Source: an uncultured virus (IMG/VR IMGVR_UViG_3300037114_000074)
Lineage: Duplodnaviria; Heunggongvirae; Uroviricota; Caudoviricetes
DNA length: 64,000 nt
Strand: one strand, 5' to 3'
IMG/VR virus record: IMGVR_UViG_3300037114_000074
Shown: in pieces, positions 38,495-46,408 of the stretch
Position numbering within the stretch: position 1 is the stretch's first letter
Layout: each line of letters opens with the position of its first letter
Notes under the pieces: generated by a model
The model's input: the letters and a program-made list of their open reading frames with translations, nothing else
What the model was told of the DNA's origin: nothing
Databases searched by the model: none
Made by a program: the position numbers and the translations under genes

Positions 38495-38833
38495 ACACTA
38501 CACCAAATCACCTCTCGCGGCGATTCATGATTCACGTCTGCAAGGACGGCACCATTACTTACCGCGACACCTCGACCAGGGAGCACGTGTTCAACGGCAT
38601 AGCGCTGCCGGTGTTCTCGGTGGACACCGTGGCGCAGGCGCAAGCACTCCAGGTGCGGTTCGGACGGTTGGCTCACGAGGAGCACCCGCTGATGCCGGGG
38701 AAAGTCTTGGTACCGGTTAAGCACGCTCGGTGGGGGGGAGCTCTTGCTCCGGTCGTTGGAGCTGGAGGACTTGGACCAGGTGACGGCGTTGTTTCGAGGT
38801 TGGTACAAGCAGGAGGAGAGCCATTATGCTTGA
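38491..38833 (+). pseudogene. Hypothetical gene apparently frameshifted (+1) at GGGGAAAG near 38700
   Basis: The +1 frame after 38704 reads SWYRLSTLGGGELLLRSLELEDLDQVTALFRGWYKQ and ends overlapping the next ATG. Confidence 0.45.
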
Positions 38834-39026
38834 GCACCTGGGATGGAGCGCAGTGCTAGCGTGGACATGCGGGCTCGGATCGGCGGGGTGTCTCGTGTTG
38901 GCAATCGCGCTTAGCCCCAATCCGCGCCCGCGTCGCCGCTCCTTGATCGATGACGCCGGTCGGAGTCGTGTAGACGATCGCGATTCGTTGCGTCGGTTCT
39001 ACAACATACACCGAAGGGGATGAGCA

Positions 39027-39215
39027 ATGAGCAAGTATCTTAGAGTTGGGAGACACCTGGTGGAGATTGCGGAGGGCGGAACTCAGGTGGCCGAGCCAGA
39101 GACCCTCAGCAGCATCAACGCTGCCAAGCGTCGCAGTCGGGAGTTGCAGAAGACTGGGCACACAGTGCGTCTCGCAGAGAGGCTACCACCGAAGAGGGGC
39201 GAGTTGCATCGATAG
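39027..39215 (+). CDS. Small basic hypothetical protein
   Basis: 62 aa, SINAAKRRSRELQK; last gene before the terminator. Confidence 0.55.
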   Translation: MSKYLRVGRHLVEIAEGGTQVAEPETLSSINAAKRRSRELQKTGHTVRLAERLPPKRGELHR

Positions 39216-39249
39216 AAGTAATTCTGCACTGCAGCATAACTTGGCACTC

Positions 39250-39297
39250 AAAAGGGTCCTCGAGGTCGAAAATTACGACCCTGAAGGACCCTTTTTT
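39250..39297. terminator. Bidirectional rho-independent terminator
   Basis: AAAAGGGTCCT..GGTCG/CGACC..AGGACCCTTTTTT between convergent operons. Confidence 0.8.
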
Positions 39298-39383
39298 GTG
39301 CTTGCTAGGCGAAAGCAGGCGTGCGGTACGGGTCGATTGCGCCAAAGCGCAGGAAGGAGACGGGGGGTGGGGGTCGATCGAGC

Positions 39384-40190
39384 CTAAACGGTCCTAGGTA
39401 GGTTCCATCCCGCAACCTTAGCGACCGTCGGGTCGAGCAGGCGGGCGTAGGTGAGGGCGTGGTGGTTGCTGAGGGGGTTGTCCGGGATCGCCGCGTCCTT
39501 GGGCAGCGTCACCAGGCTAGGGAGCGAGGCGTAGCCGAGCAGTTCCGCGGGAAGCTGCGGCACGAGGTCCGGCTCATAGTCGTAGGCGACGGAATCGGGG
39601 ACCGCGGCGAGGAGCATCCGCGCGAAGGCGGTGTCCCCAGGGCGGGGCGAGGCGACGGCGCGCAGCGCGACGTGCGCCTGGGGGAGCGCGGCGGCGACCG
39701 TCAGCGCCAGGTACGTGGCGATGGCCGCCCCAAGGCTGTGCCCGACCACGGTGACCGCGGTAGCAGTCCCCAGCGCGTCCGCGATCCACAACGCCTGGCT
39801 CGGGGCGTCCGCTGCGGGCGGCAGGAACCGGATGCTCCTGTAGACGCCGTAGAACCCGTCCTCCACGTGGCCGCCGGAGGGGTGAGGCTGCAGGAAGAAC
39901 TCAGCGTCGATGATCCACTCGACGAAGTTCTCCGTCCCCCGCACCACGACCACAGCCGTGCCCGGGGCGGCGATCGACTCGGCCACGATGCCGTAGTACA
40001 GGCGCCGCGCGAAGATGTCGCGCACGTCGTCGACCGCGGTGAGGTACCCGCGCAGGTCCCAGCCGAGCGCGGCGAGGCCGGCCTCGACCGGCGGCCGCTG
40101 CACCTGCGGGGCTTTCGAGTACGCGTTCTCGGAGAACGCAGCCAGCAACGCGAGGCGGGCGTCCTCCTGCTGCGCGGTCACAGATGCCAC
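39384..40190 (-). CDS. Class 3 lipase (alpha/beta hydrolase)
   Basis: VVVRGT..EWIIDA, VEDGF, VGHSLGAA, ASPRPGD..FA, DLVPQLP, NHHAL. Confidence 0.88.
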   Translation of the reverse strand: MASVTAQQEDARLALLAAFSENAYSKAPQVQRPPVEAGLAALGWDLRGYLTAVDDVRDIFARRLYYGIVAESIAAPGTAVVVVRGTENFVEWIIDAEFFLQPHPSGGHVEDGFYGVYRSIRFLPPAADAPSQALWIADALGTATAVTVVGHSLGAAIATYLALTVAAALPQAHVALRAVASPRPGDTAFARMLLAAVPDSVAYDYEPDLVPQLPAELLGYASLPSLVTLPKDAAIPDNPLSNHHALTYARLLDPTVAKVAGWNLPRTV

Positions 40191-40528
40191 TCACCTTTCG
40201 TGAGCCAGCCGTGCCAGCCGTCGCTAATCGTGCCCGCACCGCGCGTATCGCCTATTGAGGCTGTGATCGTAAGGGTGCCGTCTGGCTCCTCGATGAAGGT
40301 GTGCGGCGGCGACACGACATGGTGTATTTCCCTTGCAACGGGCGGCGCGCCTGGGTCGAAGGCATTTGGCTTGAGGAAAAAGACCGCAGGGAAGTCACCA
40401 GTCCATCCCTTCACCGGCCCGCAGTAATCGCCCGGCTTCTCAATGCCCATGAACGGAATTGAGCCGTTCGCCTCGCTAACATACCGTGCGTTGTAAGCAG
40501 GGTCAACCGGAAGGCGACGCCCTTTCAC
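40178..40528 (-). CDS. DUF6527-like protein
   Basis: HTFIEEPDGTLTITASI...WHGWLTKGEW. Confidence 0.65.
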   Translation of the reverse strand: MKGRRLPVDPAYNARYVSEANGSIPFMGIEKPGDYCGPVKGWTGDFPAVFFLKPNAFDPGAPPVAREIHHVVSPPHTFIEEPDGTLTITASIGDTRGAGTISDGWHGWLTKGEWHL

Positions 40529-40529
40529 A

Positions 40530-40823
40530 TCAGCACTCCGTCCACACGCCCTTCGCGAGGTGCCCGTGCCACAGTATTTTCTTAGGGCGCGTATCGGGCG
40601 GGGTTGCGGGCGGCGGCCCCTCGAGGACGCTCACCTCGATCGACGGCGACACGGTGATGGTGCCGTCCGCGTGCTCGGTGATCTGGTGCGAGCGCAGCCA
40701 GCAACCGTCCCCGTCCGGCGTGCACCCGTACCACGTGCCGTCGGTCCACCGGCCGTACTCGCCCGGCTTCAGGCTCTGGAAGCCTCCCTGCTGCGCCACC
40801 AGCTCGACGCGCTTGCCTTGCAC
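40530..40823 (-). CDS. DUF6527-like protein (paralogue)
   Basis: HQITEHADGTITVSPSI...WHGHLAKGVW; GTG start overlaps the upstream stop. Confidence 0.65.
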   Translation of the reverse strand: MQGKRVELVAQQGGFQSLKPGEYGRWTDGTWYGCTPDGDGCWLRSHQITEHADGTITVSPSIEVSVLEGPPPATPPDTRPKKILWHGHLAKGVWTEC

Positions 40824-41611
40824 TACGCCGCCTGCTCCACCGCCGGCAGGTCTGCCAGCAGCTGCGCGAGGTTGAAGCCGTTGGGCGCGCTGCCGGTCGA
40901 GGCGATGAAGTCCGGCCACACCTCGGCGTGCACTTCGTCGAGGAACGCGGTGTTGGCCATGAGCGACCAGGAGACCGCCTGCAGGCCGCCCCAGGTGATC
41001 ACGTACGCGTAGTCCGCGTCGTACTTGACCACCGGCACGTCGTGCCCGCCAGCGTTTGGGTCGGTGGTTGGCGCGACCCACGGCTGCCCGGCGGTAAACT
41101 GCTGGATGAAGTCCTGCCCGACCACGATCCCCAGGCGCACGGTGCCGAAGATCTGCACGCCCCAGCGCAGGTTGGTGAGGTTCGCGGGATCGATGCTGCC
41201 GCTGCCCGCGATCTTCTCCCCGCACAACCCAGTGGCCATGAGGTACTCGCACATCGAGACCTCGTCGCACCCCTGATCGGTTGAGGGGTTGCCCGGGACG
41301 TATCCGCCCACCGCTTCATACAGCGCCAGGCAGTCCGCATCGGTCGGCACGACGAGGCCGGAGCCGTTTGCAGAATGCAGCATGATCTGGTGGCAGGAGT
41401 CGGCGCAAACGCAATCCCCCAACGAATCGTTCAAGAACATGCCGAGATCGCCCATGGGCGGGGTAAGCGCCTTAATGGCGGTTATCAGCGGCGTCACGTA
41501 GTCGTCGCTGACCGCGGGCGGGGTGCCGAGCCCCGCGAGCGCGCGGTCCATCGCGATCGCGCTGCGCATCGTGCATCGCGTGTGTCGAGCGGGTCTGCGC
41601 CCCAGTTTCAT
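40823..41611 (-). CDS. Papain-like (C1-related) cysteine peptidase
   Basis: MFLNDSLGDCVCA, DQGC, GGHDV, VITWG. Confidence 0.65.
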   Translation of the reverse strand: MKLGRRPARHTRCTMRSAIAMDRALAGLGTPPAVSDDYVTPLITAIKALTPPMGDLGMFLNDSLGDCVCADSCHQIMLHSANGSGLVVPTDADCLALYEAVGGYVPGNPSTDQGCDEVSMCEYLMATGLCGEKIAGSGSIDPANLTNLRWGVQIFGTVRLGIVVGQDFIQQFTAGQPWVAPTTDPNAGGHDVPVVKYDADYAYVITWGGLQAVSWSLMANTAFLDEVHAEVWPDFIASTGSAPNGFNLAQLLADLPAVEQAA

Positions 41612-41799
41612 GGCGCTGCCCTCCCGCCGCCGAACACGAACGGCAGCAGCACGAAGAAGAACCCCCACGAGGTCCAGTTCCACGCCCTGCTCGGCGGCCT
41701 GGGCACCACCAGCTGCAGCCCCGCGATGGCGAAGCACACCAGCGCGATGATCCAGCTGACGGACGTGAAGCTGAGACTGAAGTTGACGTTGTTGTGCAC
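41608..41799 (-). CDS. Small two-TM membrane protein
   Basis: WIIALVCFAIAGLQLVV and WGFFFVLLPFVF hydrophobic segments. Confidence 0.55.
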   Translation of the reverse strand: MHNNVNFSLSFTSVSWIIALVCFAIAGLQLVVPRPPSRAWNWTSWGFFFVLLPFVFGGGRAAP

Positions 41800-41801
41800 G
41801 G

Positions 41802-41933
41802 CTAGTGCCCTCCGTGGTCCTGGTGGTCGCCGTGATCCCCGTGGTTGCCGTCGTGGTGCGGCAGGATCGGGCACCCGGCCAGCAGCGCGGCGAGCGCCGC
41901 CAACACCGCCAGCGGTGACAGTTTCTTCAACAT
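41802..41933 (-). CDS. 43-aa His-rich lipoprotein
   Basis: MLKKLSPLAVLAALAALLAGC lipobox followed by PILPHHDGNHGDHGDHQDHGGH; AAGGAG RBS. Confidence 0.7.
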   Translation of the reverse strand: MLKKLSPLAVLAALAALLAGCPILPHHDGNHGDHGDHQDHGGH

Positions 41934-42119
41934 GGGACTCTCCTTTTACTCAAAACCAAGGGCACTCTTCACGTTCTCCCACCACGTCGCCACCTTCGCC
42001 CGCACCTCCGGGTCCGGGATGATCTCCAGCGGCGGCGGAGGTGGTGGCTCGCGCACTGGTTCCGCTCGCTGAATGTGGCGCTTTGGCTTACCGCGGCGCA
42101 CAGTGGATTTCTTCACGGG

Positions 42120-42293
42120 TCACTCCTCATCGCCGCGTTGCGGCTCGTTCGGTGAATCATCCGGCGCGATGTACTCCCTGCAGTCGCAGAGGGTGCAGGC
42201 GCCAGTCTGGCCTTCGTGGTCACGCTTGCCGTGCTCACAGACGCACGGCTCAGCAGGACGCACAGTTAATGGCCGACCTGGTTTGCGCGCCAT
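42120..42293 (-). CDS. Small Cys/His putative zinc-binding protein
   Basis: CVCEH..DH..ACTLCDC. Confidence 0.5.
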   Translation of the reverse strand: MARKPGRPLTVRPAEPCVCEHGKRDHEGQTGACTLCDCREYIAPDDSPNEPQRGDEE

Positions 42294-42294
42294 C

Positions 42295-42465
42295 TCAGAG
42301 TCTGCCACTAAGGAGGAGCAGAACGACCACGATAAGGATGATCGCCCCGATGCCGATCGGCGCGTGACCGTACCCGTAGCCGTACGAGCTGCCGTCGCCG
42401 TAGAAGCGACCGCCGATGCCACCGCACAGGAACAGGACCACGAGGATGAGTAGGATTAGGCCCAT
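42295..42465 (-). CDS. DUF3309-like small membrane protein
   Basis: MGLILLILVVLFLCGG..YGYG..IGAIILIVVVLLLLSGRL; AGGAG RBS. Confidence 0.65.
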   Translation of the reverse strand: MGLILLILVVLFLCGGIGGRFYGDGSSYGYGYGHAPIGIGAIILIVVVLLLLSGRL

Positions 42466-42475
42466 GATGATTCTC

Positions 42476-42913
42476 CTAGCTGGCGGTCAGAGCTGTCGGC
42501 GGGTTCGGGATCGCAGGCGCCGCGGGGATTGTCTTGCACACCTCCACGCTCGGCCCGCTGGCTCCATTTGAGTCAACCGCCTTGATGTACACGTAGTAGC
42601 TGGTGCCGGCCACAAGCCCCGTGTTGACCACGACGGGCGAGGTGGTGAGCCCCGTCGCCACCTGCACTTCGCCCCCGGAACTCGTGCCCTGGAACACGCT
42701 GTAGGTCAGGGCCAGCGTGATCGCCGTGCCGTCCGTGTTCAGCGTCGGCGGGGTGAACGTCAGCGTGATGGTGGGCGTGGCACCAGCCGTGCCCACGATG
42801 CACGAGGTGGCGGCCGTCACCGTGTCCGGCAGCGCCGCGTGGATCGCGGGCGGCAGGGTGAACACGCAGAACGCGAGCAGCGCGGCTGCGCGCAGTTTTC
42901 TAAAAGTACTCAT
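42476..42913 (-). CDS. Secreted fibronectin type III-like protein
   Basis: Signal peptide; LTFTPP, YSVFQGTSSG, TSYYVYIKAVD..SGPS. Confidence 0.75.
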   Translation of the reverse strand: MSTFRKLRAAALLAFCVFTLPPAIHAALPDTVTAATSCIVGTAGATPTITLTFTPPTLNTDGTAITLALTYSVFQGTSSGGEVQVATGLTTSPVVVNTGLVAGTSYYVYIKAVDSNGASGPSVEVCKTIPAAPAIPNPPTALTAS

Positions 42914-42925
42914 CGAAGTTTCTCC

Positions 42926-43279
42926 TTACGGCGCGGCCGGTGTGTTCGCCGCTACGGCCGCCGCCACCGAGGAGGCGTTCGCGGTCATCGTGGCGCTGAG
43001 CGCGTCGAAGGCCGCGAGCTGCGCCGGGGTTGCCCCCGCGGCGGTAGCTTGCGCGACGGCGGCGGCGATCAGCGCGGGGATGCCGTTGACGAAGGTGATG
43101 ACGGACTGGTCGACGGTGGTCTCCGCGGTGACGTCGGCCGTCAGCTCGAGCAGGGCTGCGTTGATGTTCGTGGACATGGCGTTAAGGCTCCCGATGATGA
43201 GGTCGAGCTTCTGCTCGATGCGGTTGAGTTGGGCTTTTGACACGGAACGCTTACTTCCTGGCGGCTGCCGGCGCGGCAC
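42926..43279 (-). CDS. Ala-rich coiled-coil hypothetical protein
   Basis: LELTADVTAETTVDQS...AAAVAANTP; exact start uncertain. Confidence 0.6.
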   Translation of the reverse strand: MPRRQPPGSKRSVSKAQLNRIEQKLDLIIGSLNAMSTNINAALLELTADVTAETTVDQSVITFVNGIPALIAAAVAQATAAGATPAQLAAFDALSATMTANASSVAAAVAANTPAAP

Positions 43280-43679
43280 TCAGCTGCTGCACGTAGTAGG
43301 TGGCCACGGCGTCGATCTGCGACAGGATGAGGCCGCCGGTGGCGCCCTCGAGCTTGCCGATGAGCGTGCCCTCCACCGCCGACAACTGCGCGGCGAACGT
43401 GGCCAGCAACTCGTTCACGATGATCTGCGCGGCCGGGTCCTTGATCGTGGCGACCAGGTTCGCGAGCGCGGTCTGCAGGTCTGCGACGCCGGAAGCCGAG
43501 CCGGTGTTGATCTCTTCCAGTGCCTCCGTGAAGCCCGCGATCGCCTTCGCGCGCGCGAGCTGCGCGGGGACGCCGGACTGGCCGAGTATGTCCTTGGCGG
43601 TGATGTACTGGATGAGGCCGGAGGCGAGCGCCTGCAGGGGGTCGATGGACGGAATAACAGGGGTGGGAATAAGGGCCAT
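43251..43679 (-). CDS. Hypothetical protein
   Basis: AAGGAG RBS before MALIPTP. Confidence 0.65.
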   Translation of the reverse strand: MALIPTPVIPSIDPLQALASGLIQYITAKDILGQSGVPAQLARAKAIAGFTEALEEINTGSASGVADLQTALANLVATIKDPAAQIIVNELLATFAAQLSAVEGTLIGKLEGATGGLILSQIDAVATYYVQQLSAAPAAARK

Positions 43680-43756
43680 GACAGGAGTCTCCTTGGTGGT
43701 GAAATCAAAACCTACGGGTTCGCGAAAGAGCCAGTCGCGCCAGCGGCGCAATAGCC

Positions 43757-43960
43757 TCACTTTCTGCCGCCGCTGAATAAAAATCCAGCGCCGGCGGAGA
43801 GCAGCGTGGTGAGCGCTGCCGTCCAGGCGTCACCCATCACGTGCCCGAAGCTCGCCAGCGTCAGCGAGATGAACACAGCCGCGGCGCCGCCCACGACACT
43901 AGCGTAGGTGGAGTTGGTGGGCGCCCAGCCCGGGGGTGGCAGGGGGTTCGGCGAGTTCAT
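43757..43960 (-). CDS. Putative holin
   Basis: 67 aa, two TM segments, basic C-terminus, near the lysin candidate. Confidence 0.5.
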   Translation of the reverse strand: MNSPNPLPPPGWAPTNSTYASVVGGAAAVFISLTLASFGHVMGDAWTAALTTLLSAGAGFLFSGGRK

Positions 43961-44213
43961 GGCTTGCTCCTATTGGTCAGTGTGTTGCGCTTCTCAAGCA
44001 GGCGGCGAAATTCAGCAATGTGCTCCGGCACCGGTTTCGGCTCCGCGCCGCGCGCAGCCTGCCGCGCCTCGAGGCGCGCGTGCCAGCGCTCCAGCTGCGC
44101 GCCCTTCAGCCCCCCGCACTTCTCCAGCCACTCGCGTGCCTGGCGCCTGACGAACGCCCCCGTGCGGCGGTGCGTAAACTTCTGCCGCCCGAGCGCCAGA
44201 GCTTCAGTCCTAT

Positions 44214-44654
44214 TCACTGCACGTCGCTGCACGCTGGCAGGTCGAACGCGACCTTCGACAGCTTGTCGTATTTGCGCATCAGCTCGTCGATGCGCACCCA
44301 GTACGCCTGCTTCAGCTGCGCCACCTTCGCCCCCTTCACCGCGCACTGCAGCGCGCGCAGGTTGTCGAGCGTGGTGGCGAGGTACTCCAGCCGCTGCCGC
44401 CGGTCGTCCTCCCCGTTGCGCGCCAGCTCGTGCTCGTCCGCCTGCAGCTGCGCGGTGATGGCCGCCAGGTGGTCCGTGCGCGCCAGCCCGGGGAGGAACG
44501 GCACCTTGCCGACGTACAGCGCAGCGCTCACCCCCATGTAGACGATCGCCGCCACGCACACCGCGGCGACGTTGAGCCGCCAGCGGTAGTCGAGCTTCGG
44601 GTCCCCGGCGTGGGGCGGCACCAGCGCACGCAGCAGGCCCAGGAGGTAGTCCAC
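44214..44654 (-). CDS. Membrane-anchored coiled-coil protein
   Basis: One TM segment followed by a helical region; directly downstream of the lysin candidate. Confidence 0.55.
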   Translation of the reverse strand: MDYLLGLLRALVPPHAGDPKLDYRWRLNVAAVCVAAIVYMGVSAALYVGKVPFLPGLARTDHLAAITAQLQADEHELARNGEDDRRQRLEYLATTLDNLRALQCAVKGAKVAQLKQAYWVRIDELMRKYDKLSKVAFDLPACSDVQ

Positions 44655-44655
44655 G

Positions 44656-45129
44656 TCAAGGGCCCGGTCCCTGCGTGATGACCAGGGTGTGGCCGTCGGT
44701 CCACGGCACCGCGGCCTTAAGGTCCGCGAACGCCGCGCGCGAGTCGGCGATGTCGGGCTCGCCGTTGAGCGTCGAGCGCGTGAGCCCCACGCCCACGCAG
44801 CCCGCCAGCGTCTCGACGATATTGTCCGGGTGCAGCAGGCAGCCGAAGCGGGCGGGGACGCCCGCCGGGATGTCGCCCGGCTCGTGGTAGATGCCCAGCG
44901 CCGGGTTCACCAGCGCCCAGGTGTAAGGGTGGTCGGGCGTGTTGTGCCGCGCCAGCGCGTACGTGCCCAGCGGCACGCAGGAGGTGTCCGGGTGCCCGCC
45001 AGGCGAGCCGTCCGGCGCCGGCACCCACGGGCGCTCCAGCGTCTGCAGCACGAGGTTGCCCCCGGGCAGCAGCCGCCCGTACGTGCGCTGCGGCTGTGGG
45101 CCCGGGTCGCGGTTGAGGAAGAGCTTCAT
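44656..45129 (-). CDS. DUF5675 family protein, candidate endolysin
   Basis: TYGRL, TLERPW, SCVPLGTY, LLHPDN, GCVGVG, SRAAF. Confidence 0.75.
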   Translation of the reverse strand: MKLFLNRDPGPQPQRTYGRLLPGGNLVLQTLERPWVPAPDGSPGGHPDTSCVPLGTYALARHNTPDHPYTWALVNPALGIYHEPGDIPAGVPARFGCLLHPDNIVETLAGCVGVGLTRSTLNGEPDIADSRAAFADLKAAVPWTDGHTLVITQGPGP

Positions 45130-45131
45130 TT

Positions 45132-45854
45132 TCAGTGCGTCATGTGTCCGGCGTAGTACGCGATGCTGGCTGCGCCAACCACTATCGCGACGATGAGCCC
45201 CCATCGATTCTGCACGTCGTTGCTGTTCTCGCGCACCTCGACGCGCGACTCCAGCTGACCGGTGGCGCGGCCCTCGATGACCGTCAACCGTTGCTTAACG
45301 TCGTCGATCTTCTCGCTTAGCGTCGTGTTGAGCGTGGCAATGCTGCTGATCAGCCCGTCGATCTGCTTCAATGTCGCCGCCTCGCTTTTCGCGATTGACA
45401 GATTGTTGGCTTTGTTCTGTTCCGTCACAGCTTCTTTCTGACCAGTGAGCGCAGCGCCCAGCGCCTCCTTCGCCTCCTTCGCTGCCAGTTCGACCCGAGT
45501 GTCGCGCTCAGCGAACTGCGTCTGGATGCCATTGAACTTCTCGACGTTCGCGCTATTAGTCCCGTCACACTCCGCCTTCACGGTATCAAGCCTGCCCCAG
45601 ATCAGGGCCTTGAGGTTCGCGATCCCGTCCTGGAGCATCGTCGGGATACGCACCGCGTCCGCGTGCGCTACCTCTATCGATTTCTCGATGCCCTCGATGC
45701 GCGACGTCAGCACTTTTTCCAGCCCATTCATCTGGGTGTTCGTCCCATCCTTCAGCGCACTGATCTCCCGCTGCAGCGCCGCGGTGGTGGCGGAGGTAGG
45801 GTCCGGGTCCGGTCGTACAGTGCGCTGCTCTTGCATGTGTTTACTTCTCAGCAT
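45132..45854 (-). CDS. Coiled-coil protein with C-terminal TM helix
   Basis: Heptad-rich; WGLIVAIVVGAASIAYY. Confidence 0.7.
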   Translation of the reverse strand: MLRSKHMQEQRTVRPDPDPTSATTAALQREISALKDGTNTQMNGLEKVLTSRIEGIEKSIEVAHADAVRIPTMLQDGIANLKALIWGRLDTVKAECDGTNSANVEKFNGIQTQFAERDTRVELAAKEAKEALGAALTGQKEAVTEQNKANNLSIAKSEAATLKQIDGLISSIATLNTTLSEKIDDVKQRLTVIEGRATGQLESRVEVRENSNDVQNRWGLIVAIVVGAASIAYYAGHMTH

Positions 45855-46045
45855 GTGCTCGGCGGCGTGCCGATGAGGAAGACGGCGTTGCCGTACCCGC
45901 TCTCCGGCAAGCTGACCGACGACCCCACCGCCGCTCCGCTGTTGGTCGTGCCGTCGCCGCCGAGCGTCACGGTGTAGCCGAGTTCGGCCGCCTTCTGGAT
46001 CAGCTTGGCGGCGGACTGTGCGAACTCTTCCTGTAAGGCACTCAT
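45848..46045 (-). pseudogene. Chimeric remnant: M15-type endolysin N-terminus fused to unrelated sequence
   Basis: MSALQEEFAQSAAKLIQKAAELGYTVTLG resembles phage M15 peptidase N-termini, then switches abruptly to Gly/Ser-rich sequence. Confidence 0.5.
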
Positions 46046-46404
46046 TTTTTCCAGAACTCCAGCGCCAAATAGATCACGACCTGCAACGCCATCACGATCC
46101 CGATGCCGGTATAGATTTTGGCGGACAACCCATTGATCCTGGTTTCCGTCGCATCTCTGTCTCTGCGAGACTCGGTGCGTACCGTCTCAGTAAGCAACTT
46201 GCTCTCCCTCATTCCAGCGTCGAACAGTTCACGCGACACAACTACTGTGCGTTCCTCCAAGGCTTTTTGATGCGCGTGGTTCAGCAAGTCAAGACGCCGT
46301 TCGTACTCTGCGGCCTGTAACCTTCGCGCCTCATCAGCCGCGTGAAGCCTAGTCTCCAGTACCGCAATGCGCACTGAGTATTCATTGGAAGACAGCTCGC
46401 TCAT
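46042..46404 (-). CDS. Coiled-coil protein with C-terminal TM (holin-like/lysis-associated)
   Basis: TAAGGA RBS; IYTGIGIVMALQVVIYLAL. Confidence 0.65.
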   Translation of the reverse strand: MSELSSNEYSVRIAVLETRLHAADEARRLQAAEYERRLDLLNHAHQKALEERTVVVSRELFDAGMRESKLLTETVRTESRRDRDATETRINGLSAKIYTGIGIVMALQVVIYLALEFWKK

Positions 46405-46408
46405 ATCC

